A DNA stretch of 64,000 bases from the human T2T-CHM13v2.0 reference genome, Homo sapiens, in NCBI RefSeq assembly GCF_009914755.1, contig NC_060928.1. One strand, given 5' to 3'. The position numbers and the translations under genes were made by a program. This document shows positions 24,962 through 38,225 of the stretch, one piece after another. How positions within the stretch are numbered: position 1 is the stretch's first letter; each line of letters starts with the position of its first letter. Under the pieces are notes generated by a model. It worked only from the letters and a program-made list of their open reading frames with translations. It had not been told where the DNA came from and searched no databases.

Positions 24962-26320
24962 CATTCTCAGAAACTTCTTTGTGTTGTGTGTACTCAAGTA
25001 ACAGTGTTGAACCTTCCTTTTGACACAGCAGTTTTGAAACACTCTTTTTGTAGAATCTGCAAGTGGATATTTGGATAGCTTTGAGGATTTCGTTGGAAAC
25101 GGGTTATCTTCATATAAAATCCAGACAGGAGCATTCTCAGAAACTTCTTTGTGCTGCATGTCCTCAATTCACAGAGCTGAACCTTTGTTTGGATACAGCA
25201 TTTTGGAAACATTCCTTTAGTAGAATCTGCAAGTTGATATTTAGATAGCTTTGAAGATTTCGTTGGAAACGGGAATATCTTCATAGAAAATCTAGACGGA
25301 AGCATTCTCAGAAACTGCTTTGTGATGTTTGCATTCAAGTCACAGAGTTGAATATTCCCTTTTATAGAGTAGGTTTGAAACACTCTTTCGGCACTACCTG
25401 GAAGTGGATATTTCGAGCTCTTTGAGGCCTATGGTTAAAAGGAAATATCTTCCCATAAAAACTAGACAGAAGCCGTCTCAGAAACTTGTTTGTGATGTGT
25501 GTATTCAACTAACAGAGTTGAACATTTCTGTTACAGAGCAATTTTAAAACACTCTTTTTGTGGAATCTGAAAGTGGATAATTGGATAGCTTTGTGGATTT
25601 CGTTGGAAACGGGATGACGTATAAAATCTAGAGAGAAGCATTCTCAGGAACTTCTTTCTGATGTTTGCATTCAAGTCACAGAATTGAACATTCCTTTTCA
25701 TAGTGCAGGTTTGAAACACTCTTTCTGTAGTATCTGGAAGTGGACATTTCAAGCGCTTTCAGGCCTATGGTGAGAAAGGAAATATCTTCGAATAAAAACT
25801 AGACAGAAGCATCCTCAGAAACTTATTTGTGATGTGTGTCCTCAACTAACAGAGTTGAAACTTTGTTTTGATACAGCATTTTGGAAACACTCTTTTTGTA
25901 GAATCTGCAGGTGGATATTTGGATAGCTTAGAGGGATTCGTTGGAAAGGGGATATCTTCATATAAAATCTAGACAGAAGCATTCTCAGAAACTTATTTGT
26001 GATGTGTGTCCTCAACTAACAGAGTTGAACCTTGGTTTTGATACAGCATTTTGGAAACACTCCTTTTGTAGAATCTGCAGGTGGATATGTGGATAGCTCT
26101 GAAGATTTCGTTGGAAACGGGAATTTCTTCATATAAAATCAAACAGAAGCATTCTCAGAAACTTCTCAGTGATGTTTGCATTCAGCTCATGGAGTTGAAC
26201 ACTTCCTTTCATAGAGCCGGTTTGAAACACTCTTTCTGCACTACCTGGAAGAGGACATTTCGAGCGCTTTGACTCCTATGGTGAAAAAGGAAATATCTTC
26301 TCATAAAAACCAGAAAGAAG
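24962..26320 (+). repeat. 8-mer HOR variant (m5,6,7,8,9/16,17,18,19; 1359 bp)
   Basis: m19 is followed directly by m5. The m9 body (tagtgcagg) ends in the m16 tail (ctatggtgagaaagg...cttcgaat) at ~25745-25790. Confidence 0.9.
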
Positions 26321-27681
26321 CATTCTCAGAAACTTCTTTGTGTTGTGTGTACTCATGTAACAGTGTTGAACCTTCCTTTTGACACAGCAGTTTTGAAACA
26401 CTCTTTTGGTAGAATCTGCAAGTGGATATTTGGATAGCTTTGAGGATTTCGTTGGAAACGGGTTATCTTCATATAAAATCCAGACAGGAGCATTCTCAGA
26501 AACTTCTTTGTGCTGCATGTCCTCAATTCACAGAGCTGAACCTTTGTTTGGATACAGCATTTTGGAAACATTCCTTGAGTAGAATCTGCAAGTTGATATT
26601 TAGATAGATTTGAAGATTTCGTTGGAAAAGGGAATATCTCCATATAAAATCTAGAGGGAAGCATTCTCAGAAACTGCTTTGTGATGTTTCCATTCAAGTC
26701 ACAGAGTTGAATATTCCCTTTTATAGAGCACGTTTGAAACACTCTTTCTGCACTATCTGGAAGTGGACATTTCGAGCGCTTTGAGGCCTATGGTGAAAAA
26801 GGAAATATCTTCCCATAAAAACTAGACAGAAGCATTCTCAGAAACTTGTTTGTGATGTGTGTATTCAACTAACAGAGTTGAACTTTTGTTTTTACAGAGC
26901 CGTTTTAAAACACTCTTTTTGTGGAATCAGAAAGTGGATATTCGGATGGCTCTGAGGATTTCGTTGGAAGCGGGATTACATATAAAATCTAGAGAGAAGC
27001 ATTCTCAGGAACTTCTTTGTGATGTTTGCATTGAAGTCACAGAATTGAACATTCACTTTGATAGAGCAGGTTTGAAACACTCATTCTGTAGTATCTGGAA
27101 GTGGACATTTCAAGCGCTTTCAGGCCTATGGTGAGAAAGGAAATATCTTCGAATAAAAACTAGACAGAAGCATCCTCAGAAACTTATTTGTGATGTGTGT
27201 CCTCAACTAACAGAGTTGAAACTTTGTTTTGATACAGCATTTTGGAAACACTCTTTTTGTAGAATCTGCAGGTGGATATTTGGATAGCTTAGAGGGATTC
27301 GTTGGAAAGGGGATATTTTCATATAAAATCTAGACAGAAGCATTCTCAGAAACTTATTTGAGATGTGTGTCCTCAGCTAACAGAGTTGAACCTTGGTTTT
27401 GATACAGCATTTTGGAAACACTCCTTTTGTAGAATCTGCAGGTGGATATGTGGATAGCTCTGAAGATTTCGTTGGAAACGGGAATTTCTTCATATAAAAT
27501 CAAACAGAAGCATTCTCAGAAACTTCTCAGTGATGTTTGCATTCAGCTCATGGAGTTGAACACTTCCTTTCATAGAGCCGGTTTGAAACACTCTTTCTGC
27601 ACTACCTGGAAGAGGACATTTCGAGCGCTTTGAGTCCTATGGTGAAAAAGGAAATATCTTCTCATAAAAACCAGAAAGAAG
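26321..27681 (+). repeat. Second type of 8-mer HOR variant (m1/5,6/13,14-19; 1361 bp)
   Basis: The m1 marker actcatgtaa is followed by the m5 body; the m6 start (gctgcatg, gagctgaac) is joined to the m13 end (ccttgagt, ggaaaaggg). Confidence 0.9.
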
Positions 27682-29040
27682 CATTCTCAGAAACTTCTTT
27701 GTGTTGTGTGTACTCAAGTAACAGTGTTGAACCTTCCTTTTGACACAGCAGTTTTGAAACACTCTTTTTGTAGAATCTGCAAGTGGATATTTGGATAGCT
27801 TTGAGGATTTCGTTGGAAACGGGTTATCTTCATATAAAATCCAGACAGGAGCATTCTCAGAAACTTCTTTGTGCTGCATGTCCTCAATTCACAGAGCTGA
27901 ACCTTTGTTTGGATACAGCATTTTGGAAACATTCCTTTAGTAGAATCTGCAAGTTGATATTTAGATAGCTTTGAAGATTTCGTTGGAAACGGGAATATCT
28001 TCATAGAAAATCTAGACGGAAGCATTCTCAGAAACTGCTTTGTGATGTTTGCATTCAAGTCACAGAGTTGAATATTCCCTTTTATAGAGTAGGTTTGAAA
28101 CACTCTTTCGGCACTACCTGGAAGTGGATATTTCGAGCTCTTTGAGGCCTATGGTTAAAAGGAAATATCTTCCCATAAAAACTAGACAGAAGCCGTCTCA
28201 GAAACTTGTTTGTGATGTGTGTATTCAACTAACAGAGTTGAACATTTCTGTTACAGAGCAATTTTAAAACACTCTTTTTGTGGAATCTGAAAGTGGATAA
28301 TTGGATAGCTTTGTGGATTTCGTTGGAAACGGGATGACGTATAAAATCTAGAGAGAAGCATTCTCAGGAACTTCTTTCTGATGTTTGCATTCAAGTCACA
28401 GAATTGAACATTCCTTTTCATAGTGCAGGTTTGAAACACTCTTTCTGTAGTATCTGGAAGTGGACATTTCAAGCGCTTTCAGGCCTATGGTGAGAAAGGA
28501 AATATCTTCGAATAAAAACTAGACAGAAGCATCCTCAGAAACTTATTTGTGATGTGTGTCCTCAACTAACAGAGTTGAAACTTTGTTTTGATACAGCATT
28601 TTGGAAACACTCTTTTTGTAGAATCTGCAGGTGGATATTTGGATAGCTTAGAGGGATTCGTTGGAAAGGGGATATCTTCATATAAAATCTAGACAGAAGC
28701 ATTCTCAGAAACTTATTTGTGATGTGTGTCCTCAACTAACAGAGTTGAACCTTGGTTTTGATACAGCATTTTGGAAACACTCCTTTTGTAGAATCTGCAG
28801 GTGGATATGTGGATAGCTCTGAAGATTTCGTTGGAAACGGGAATTTCTTCATATAAAATCAAACAGAAGCATTCTCAGAAACTTCTCAGTGATGTTTGCA
28901 TTCAGCTCATGGAGTTGAACACTTCCTTTCATAGAGCCGGTTTGAAACACTCTTTCTGCACTACCTGGAAGAGGACATTTCGAGCGCTTTGAGTCCTATG
29001 GTGAAAAAGGAAATATCTTCTCATAAAAACCAGAAAGAAG
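27682..29040 (+). repeat. 8-mer HOR variant, copy of 24962-26320 (1359 bp)
   Basis: Same monomer order and same junctions, offset by 2720 bp (ORFs 24994/27714, 25531/28251). Confidence 0.9.
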
Positions 29041-31080
29041 CATTCTCAGAAACTTCTTTGTGTTGTGTGTACTCATGTAACAGTGTTGAACCATCCTTTT
29101 GACAGAGCAGTTTTGAAACACTCTTTTTGTAGAATCTGCAAGTGGATATTTGGATAGCTTTGAGGATTTCGTTGGAAACGGGATGACATATAATATCTAG
29201 AGAGAAGCATACTCAGGAACTTCTTTGTGATGTTTGCATTCAAGTCACAGAATTGAACATTCCCTTTCATAGAGCAGGTTTGAAACACTCTTTCTCTAGT
29301 ATCTGGAAGTGGGCATTTCAAGCGCTTTCAGGCCTATGGAGAGAAAGGAAATACCTTCAAATAAAAACTAGACAGAAGCATTCTCAGAAACTTATTTGTG
29401 ATGTGTGTCCTCAACTAACAGAGTTGAACCTTTGTTTTGATACAGCATTTTGGAAACACTCCTTTTGTAGAATCTGCAGGTGGATATTTGGATAACTTTG
29501 AAGATTTCGTTGGAAACCGGAATATCTTCATATAAAATCAAGACAGAAGCATTCTCGGAAACATCTCTGTGATGTTTGCATTCAACTCAGTAGAGTTGAA
29601 CCCTTCCTTTCATAGAGCAGGTTTGAAACACTCTTTCTGCACTACCTGGAAGCGGACATTTCGAGCGCTTTGAGGCCTATGGTAAAAAAGGAAATATCTT
29701 CTCATAAAAACCAGAAAGAAGCATTCTCAGAAACTTCTTTGTGTTGTGTGTACTCAAGTAACAGTGTTGAACCTTCCTTTTGACACAGCAGTTTTGAAAC
29801 ACTCTTTTGGTAGAATCTGCAAGTGGATATTTGGATAGCTTTGAGGATTTCGTTGGAAACGGGTTATCTTCATATAAAATCCAGACAGGAGCATTCTCAG
29901 AAACTTCTTTGTGCTGCATGTCCTCAATTCACAGAGCTGAACCTTTGTTTGGATACAGCATTTTGGAAACATTCCTTTAGTAGAATCTGCAAGTTGATAT
30001 TTAGATAGCTTTGAAGATTTCGTTGGAAACGGGAATATCTTCATAGAAAATCTAGACGGAAGCATTCTCAGAAACTGCTTTGTGATGTTTGCATTCAAGT
30101 CACAGAGTTGAATATTCCCTTTTATAGAGTAGGTTTGAAACACTCTTTCGGCACTACCTGGAAGTGGATATTTCGAGCTCTTTGAGGCCTATGGTTAAAA
30201 GGAAATATCTTCCCATAAAAACTAGACAGAAGCCGTCTCAGAAACTTGTTTGTGATGTGTGTATTCAACTAACAGAGTTGAACATTTCTGTTACAGAGCA
30301 ATTTTAAAACACTCTTTTTGTGGAATCTGAAAGTGGATAATTGGATAGCTTTGTGGATTTCGTTGGAAACGGGATGACGTATAAAATCTAGAGAGAAGCA
30401 TTCTCAGGAACTTCTTTCTGATGTTTGCATTCAAGTCACAGAATTGAACATTCCTTTTCATAGTGCAGGTTTGAAACACTCTTTCTGTAGTATCTGGAAG
30501 TGGACATTTCAAGCGCTTTCAGGCCTACGGGGAGAAAGGAAATATCTTCAAATAAAAACTAGACAGAAGGATTCTCAGAAACTTATTTGTGATGTGTGTC
30601 CTCAACTAACAGAGTTGAAACTTTGTTTTGATACAGCATTTTGGAAACACTCTTTTTGTAGAATCTGCAGGTGGATATTTGGATAGCTTAGAGGGATTCC
30701 TTGGAAAGGGGATATCTTCATATAAAATCTAGACAGAATCATTCTCAGAAACTTATTTGTGATGTGTGTCCTCAACTAACAGAGTTGAACCTTGGTTTTG
30801 ATACAGCATTTTGGAAACACTCCTTTTGTAGAATCTGCAGGTGGATATGTGGATAGCTCTGAAGATTTCGTTGGAAACGGGAATTTCTTCATATAAAATC
30901 AAACAGAAGCATTCTCAGAAACTTCTCAGTGATGTTTGCATTCAGCTCATGGAGTTGAACACTTCCTTTCATAGAGCCGGTTTGAAACACTCTTTCTGCA
31001 CTACCTGGAAGAGGACATTTCGAGCGCTTTGAGTCCTATGGTGAAAAAGGAAATATCTTCTCATAAAAACCAGAAAGAAG
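29041..31080 (+). repeat. 12-mer HOR variant (m1-9,10/17,18,19; 2040 bp)
   Basis: The m10 start (gaaggattctc) continues as m17 (ctcaactaac..gttgaaactt, agcttagaggg) at ~30570-30605. Confidence 0.9.
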
Positions 31081-31761
31081 CATTCTCAGAAACTTCTTTG
31101 TGTTGTGTGTACTCATGTAACAGTGTTGAACCATCCTTTTGACAGAGCAGTTTTGAAACACTCTTTTTGTAGAATCTGCAAGTGGATATTTGGATAGCTT
31201 TGAGGATTTCGTTGGAAACGGGATGACATATAATATCTAGAGAGAAGCATTCTCAGGAACTTCTTTGTGATGTTTGCATTCAAGTCACAGAATTGAACAT
31301 TACCTTTCATAGAGCAGGTTTGAAACACTCTTTCTCTAGTATCTGGAAGTGGGCATTTCAAGCGCTTTCAGGCCTATGGAGAGAAAGGAAATACCTTCAA
31401 ATAAAAACTAGACAGAAGCATTCTCAGAAACTTATTTGTGATGTGTGTCCTCAACTAACAGAGTTGAACCTTTGTTTTGATACAGCATTTTGGAAACACT
31501 CCTTTTGTAGAATCTGCAGGTGGATATTTGGATAACTTTGAAGATTTCGTTGGAAACCGGAATATCTTCATATAAAATCAAGACAGAAGCATTCTCGGAA
31601 ACATCTCTGTGATGTTTGCATTCAACTCAGTAGAGTTGAACACTTCCTTTCATAGAGCAGGTTTGAAACACTCTTTCTGCACTACCTGGAAGCGGACATT
31701 TCGAGAGCTTTGAGGCCTATGGTGAAAAAGGAAATAACTTCTCATAAAAACCAGAAAGAAG
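31081..31761 (+). repeat. 4-mer variant (extra m1-m4; 681 bp)
   Basis: m1-m4 is followed again by m1 at 31762 (ORFs 31113/31794 and 31293/31974 are 681 bp apart). Confidence 0.92.
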
Positions 31762-34700
31762 CATTCTCAGAAACTTCTTTGTGTTGTGTGTACTCATGTA
31801 ACAGTGTTGAACCATCCTTTTGACAGAGCAGTTTTGAAACACTCTTTTTGTAGAATCTGCAAGTGGATATTTGGATAGCTTTGAGGATTTCGTAGGAAAC
31901 GGGATGACATATAATATCTAGAGAGAAGCATTCTCAGGAACTTCTTTGTGATGTTTGCATTCAAGTCACAGAATTGAACATTCCCTTTCATAGAGCAGGT
32001 TTGAAACACTCTTTCTCTAGTATCTGGAAGTGGGCATTTCAAGCGCTTTCAGGCCTATGGAGAGAAAGGAAATACCTTCAAACAAAAACTAGACAGATGC
32101 ATTCTCAGAAACTTATTTGTGATGTGTGTCCTCAACTAACAGAGTTGAACCTTTGTTTTGATACAGCATTTTGGAAACACTCCTTTTGTAGAATCTGCAG
32201 GTGGATATTTGGATAACTTTGAAGATTTCGTTGGAAACCGGAATATCTTCATATAAAATCAAGACAGAAGCATTCTCGGAAATATCTCTGTGATGTTTGC
32301 ATTCAACTCAGTAGAGTTGAACACTTCCTTTCATAGAGCAGGTTTGAAACACTCTTTCTGCACTACCTGGAAGCGGACATTTCGAGCGCTTTGAGGCCTA
32401 TGGTGAAAAAGGAAATATCTTCTCATAAAAACCAGAAAGAAGCATTCTCAGAAACTTCTTTGTGTTGTGTGTACTCAAGTAACAGTGTTGAACCTTCCTT
32501 TTGACACAGCAGTTTTGAAACACTCTTTTGGTAGAATCTGCAAGTGGATATTTGGATAGCTTTGAGGATTTCGTTGGAAACGGGTTATCTTCATATAAAA
32601 TCCAGACAGGAGCATTCTCAGAAACTTCTTTGTGCTGCATGTCCTCAATTCAGAGAGCTGAACCTTTGTTTGGATACAGGATTTTGGAAACATTCCTTTA
32701 GTAGAATCTGCAAGTTGATATTTAGATAGCTTTGAAGATTTCGTTGGAAACGGGAATATCTTCATAGAAAATCTAGACGGAAGCATTCTCAGAAACTGCT
32801 TTGTGATGTTTGCATTCAAGTCACAGAGTTGAATATTCCCTTTTATAGAGTAGGTTTGAAACACTCTTTTGGCACTACCTGGAAGTGGATATTTTGAGCT
32901 CTTTGAGGCCTATGGTTAAAAGGAAATATCTTCCCATAAAAACTAGACAGAAGCCGTCTCAGAAACTTGTTTGTGATGTGTGTATTCAACTAACAGAGTT
33001 GAACATTTCTGTTACAGAGCAATTTTAAAACACTCTTTTTGTGGAATCTGAAAGTGGATAATTGGATAGCTTTGTGGATTTCGTTGGAAACGGGATGACG
33101 TATAAAATCTAGAGAGAAGCATTCTCAGGAACTTCTTTCTGATGTTTGCATTCAAGTCACAGAATTGAACATTCCTTTTCATAGTGCAGGTTTGAAACAC
33201 TCTTTCTGTAGTATCTGGAAGTGGACATTTCAAGCGCTTTCAGGCCTACGGGGAGAAAGGAAATATCTTCAAATAAAAACTAGACAGAAGGATTCTCAGA
33301 AACTTATTTGTGATGTGTGTCCTAAACGAACACAGTTGAACCTTTGTTTTGATACAGCATTTTGGAAACACTCCTTTTGTAGGATCTGCAGGTGGATATT
33401 TGGATAGATTTTAAGATTTCGTTGGAAACGGGAGTTTCTTCATAGAAACTCAAGACAGATGCATTCTCAGAAACATCTCTGTGATGTTTGCATTCCACTC
33501 ATAGAGTTGAAAACTTCCTTTCATAGAGCAGGTTTGAAACACTCTTTTTGTAATATTTGGAAGTGGACATTTGCAGCGCTTTGAGGCCTATGGTGAAAAA
33601 GGAAATATCTTCTCATAAAAACCAGAAACAAGCATTCTCAGAAACTTCTTTTTGATGTGTGTACTCAAGTAACAGAGTTGAACCTTCCTTTTGACACAGC
33701 AGTTTTGAAACAATCTTTTTGTAGAATCTGCAAGTGGATATTTGGATAGCTTTGAGGATTTCGTTGGAAACGGGATATCTTCATATAAAATCTAGACAGA
33801 AGCATTCTCAGAAACTTCTTTGTGCTGTATGTCCTCAATTAACAGAGTTGAACCATTGCTTGGATACAGCATTTTGGAAACATTCCTTGAGTAGAATCTG
33901 CAAGTTGATATTTAGATAGATTTGAAGATTTCGTTGGAAAAGGGAATATCTCCATATAAAATCTAGAGGGAAGCATTCTCAGAAACTGCTTTGTGATGTT
34001 TCCATTCAAGTCACAGAGTTGAATATTCCCTTTTATAGAGCACGTTTGAAACACTCTTTCTGCACTATCTGGAAGTGGACATTTCGAGCGCTTTGAGGCC
34101 TATGGTGAAAAAGGAAATATCTTCCCATAAAAACTAGACAGAAGCATTCTCAGAAACTTGTTTGTGATGTGTGTATTCAACTAACAGAGTTGAACTTTTG
34201 TTTTTACAGAGCCGTTTTAAAACACTCTTTTTGTGGAATCAGAAAGTGGATATTCGGATGGCTCTGAGGATTTCGTTGGAAGCGGGATTACATATAAAAT
34301 CTAGAGAGAAGCATTCTCAGGAACTTCTTTGTGATGTTTGCATTGAAGTCACAGAATTGAACATTCACTTTGATAGAGCAGGTTTGAAACACTCATTCTG
34401 TAGTATCTGGAAGTGGACACTTCATGCGCTTTCAGGCTTATGGTGAGAAAGGAAATATCTTCGAATAAAAACTAGACAGAAGCATCCTCAGAAAGTTATT
34501 TGTGATGTGTGTCCTCAACTAAAATAGTTGAAACTTTGTTTTGATACAGCATTTTGGAAACACTCTTTTTGTAGAATCTGCAGGTGGATATTTGGATAGC
34601 TTAGAGGGATTCGTTGGAAAGGGGATATCTTCATATAAAATCTAGACAGAAGCATTCTCAGAAACTTATTTGTGATGTGTGTCCTCAACTAACAGAGTTG

Positions 34701-37700
34701 AACCTTGGTTTTGATACAGCATTTTGGAAACACTCCTTTTGTAGAATCTGCAGGTGGATATGTGGATAGCTCTGAAGATTTCGTTGGAAACGGGAATTTC
34801 TTCATATAAAATCAAACAGAAGCATTCTCAGAAACTTCTCAGTGATGTTTGCATTCAGCTCATGGAGTTGAACACTTCCTTTCATAGAGCCGGTTTGAAA
34901 CACTCTTTCTGCACTACCTGGAAGAGGACATTTCGAGCGCTTTGAGTCCTATGGTGAAAAAGGAAATATCTTCTCATAAAAACCAGAAAGAAGCATTCTC
35001 AGAAACTTCTTTGTGTTGTGTGTACTCATGTAACAGTGTTGAACCATCCTTTTGACAGAGCAGTTTTGAAACACTCTTTTTGTAGAATCTGCAAGTGGAT
35101 ATTTGGATAGCTTTGAGGATTTCGTTGGAAACGGGATGACATATAATATCTAGAGAGAAGCATTCTCAGGAACTTCTTTGTGATGTTTGCATTCAAGTCA
35201 CAGAATTGAACATTCCCTTTCATAGAGCAGGTTTGAAACACTCTTTCTCTAGTATCTGGAAGTGGGCATTTCAAGCGCTTTCAGGCCTATGGAGAGAAAG
35301 GAAATACCTTCAAATAAAAACTAGACAGAAGCATTCTCAGAAACTTATTTGTGATGTGTGTCCTCAACTAACAGAGTTGAACCTTTGTTTTGATACAGCA
35401 TTTTGGAAACACTCCTTTTGTAGAATCTGCAGGTGGATATTTGGATAACTTTGAAGATTTCGTTGGAAACCGGAATATCTTCATATAAAATCAAGACAGA
35501 AGCATTCTCGGAAACATCTCTGTGATGTTTGCATTCAACTCAGTAGAGTTGAACACTTCCTTTCATAGAGCCGGTTTGAAACACTCTTTCTGCACTACCT
35601 GGAAGCGGACATTTCGAGCGCTTTGAGGCCTATGGTGAAAAAGGAAATATCTTCTCATAAAAACCAGAAAGAAGCATTCTCAGAAACTTCTTTGTGTTGT
35701 GTGTACTCAAGTAACAGTGTTGAACCTTCCTTTTGACACAGCAGTTTTGAAACACTCTTTTGGTAGAATCTGCAAGTGGATATTTGGATAGCTTTGAGGA
35801 TTTCGTTGGAAACGGGTTATCTTCATATAAAATCCAGACAGGAGCATTCTCAGAAACTTCTTTGTGCTGCATGTCCTCAATTCACAGAGCTGAACCTTTG
35901 TTTGGATACAGCATTTTGGAAACATTCCTTTAGTAGAATCTGCAAGTTGATATTTAGATAGCTTTGAAGATTTCGTTGGAAACGGGAATATCTTCATAGA
36001 AAATCTAGACGGAAGCATTCTCAGAAACTGCTTTGTGATGTTTGCATTCAAGTCACAGAGTTGAATATTCCCTTTTATAGAGTAGGTTTGAAACACTCTT
36101 TTGGCACTACCTGGAAGTGGATATTTCGAGCTCTTTGAGGTCTATGGTTAAAAGGAAATATCTTCCCATAAAAACTAGACAGAAGCCGTCTCAGAAACTT
36201 GTTTGTGATGTGTGTATTCAACTAACAGAGTTGAACATTTCTGTTACAGAGCAATTTTAAAACACTCTTTTTGTGGAATCTGAAAGTGGATAATTGGATA
36301 GCTTTGTGGATTTCGTTGGAAACGGGATGACGTATAAAATCTAGAGAGAAGCATTCTCAGGAACTTCTTTCTGATGTTTGCATTCAAGTCACAGAATTGA
36401 ACATTCCTTTTCATAGTGCAGGTTTGAAACACTCTTTCTGTAGTATCTGGAAGTGGACATTTCAAGCGCTTTCAGGCCTACGGGGAGAAAGGAAATATCT
36501 TCAAATAAAAACTAGACAGAAGGATTCTCAGAAACTTATTTGTGATGTGTGTCCTAAACGAACACAGTTGAACCTTTGTTTTGATACAGCATTTTGGAAA
36601 CACTCCTTTTGTAGGATCTGCAGGTGGATATTTGGATAGATTTTAAGATTTCGTTGGAAACGGGAGTTTCTTCATAGAAACTCAAGACAGATGCATTCTC
36701 AGAAACACCTCTGTGATGTTTGCATTCCACTCATAGAGTTGAAAACTTCCTTTCATAGAGCAGGTTTGAAACACTCTTTTTGTAATATTTGGAAGTGGAC
36801 ATTTGCAGCGCTTTGAGGCCTATGGTGAAAAAGGAAATATCTTCTCATAAAAACCAGAAACAAGCATTCTCAGAAACTTCTTTTTGATGTGTGTACTCAA
36901 GTAACAGAGTTGAACCTTCCTTTTGACACAGCAGTTTTGAAACAATCTTTTTGTAGAATCTGCAAGTGGATATTTGGATAGCTTTGAGGATTTCGTTGGA
37001 AACGGGATATCTTCATATAAAATCTAGACAGAAGCATTCTCAGAAACTTCTTTGTGCTGTATGTCCTCAATTAACAGAGTTGAACCATTGCTTGGATACA
37101 GCATTTTGGAAACATTCCTTGAGTAGAATCTGCAAGTTGATATTTAGATAGATTTGAAGATTTCGTTGGAAAAGGGAATATCTCCATATAAAGTCTAGAG
37201 GGAAGCATTCTCAGAAACTGCTTTGTGATGTTTCCATTCAAGTCACAGAGTTGAATATTCCCTTTTATAGAGCACGTTTGAAACACTCTTTCTGCACTAT
37301 CTGGAAGTGGACATTTCGAGCGCTTTGAGGCCTATGGTGAAAAAGGAAATATCTTCCCATAAAAACTAGACAGAAGCATTCTCAGAAACTTGTTTGTGAT
37401 GTGTGTATTCAACTAACAGAGTTGAACTTTTGTTTTTACAGAGCCGTTTTAAAACACTCTTTTTGTGGAATCAGAAAGTGGATATTCGGATGGCTCTGAG
37501 GATTTCGTTGGAAGCGGGATTACATATAAAATCTAGAGAGAAGCATTCTCAGGAACTTCTTTGTGATGTTTGCATTGAAGTCACAGAATTGAACATTCAC
37601 TTTGATAGAGCAGGTTTGAAACACTCATTCTGTAGTATCTGGAAGTGGACATTTCAAGCGCTTTCAGGCCTATGGTGAGAAAGGAAATATCTTCGAATAA

Positions 37701-38225
37701 AAACTAGACAGAAGCATCCTCAGAAACTTATTTGTGATGTGTGTCCTCAACTAACAGAGTTGAAACTTTGTTTTGATACAGCATTTTGGAAACACTCTTT
37801 TTGTAGAATCTGCAGGTGGATATTTGGATAGCTTAGAGGGATTCGTTGGAAAGGGGATATCTTCATATAAAATCTAGACAGAAGCATTCTCAGAAACTTA
37901 TTTGTGATGTGTGTCCTCAACTAACAGAGTTGAACCTTGGTTTTGATACAGCATTTTGGAAACACTCCTTTTGTAGAATCTGCAGGTGGATATGTGGATA
38001 GCTCTGAAGATTTCGTTGGAAACGGGAATTTCTTCATATAAAATCAAACAGAAGCATTCTCAGAAACTTCTCAGTGATGTTTGCATTCAGCTCATGGAGT
38101 TGAACACTTCCTTTCATAGAGCCGGTTTGAAACACTCTTTCTGCACTACCTGGAAGAGGACATTTCGAGCGCTTTGAGTCCTATGGTGAAAAAGGAAATA
38201 TCTTCTCATAAAAACCAGAAAGAAG

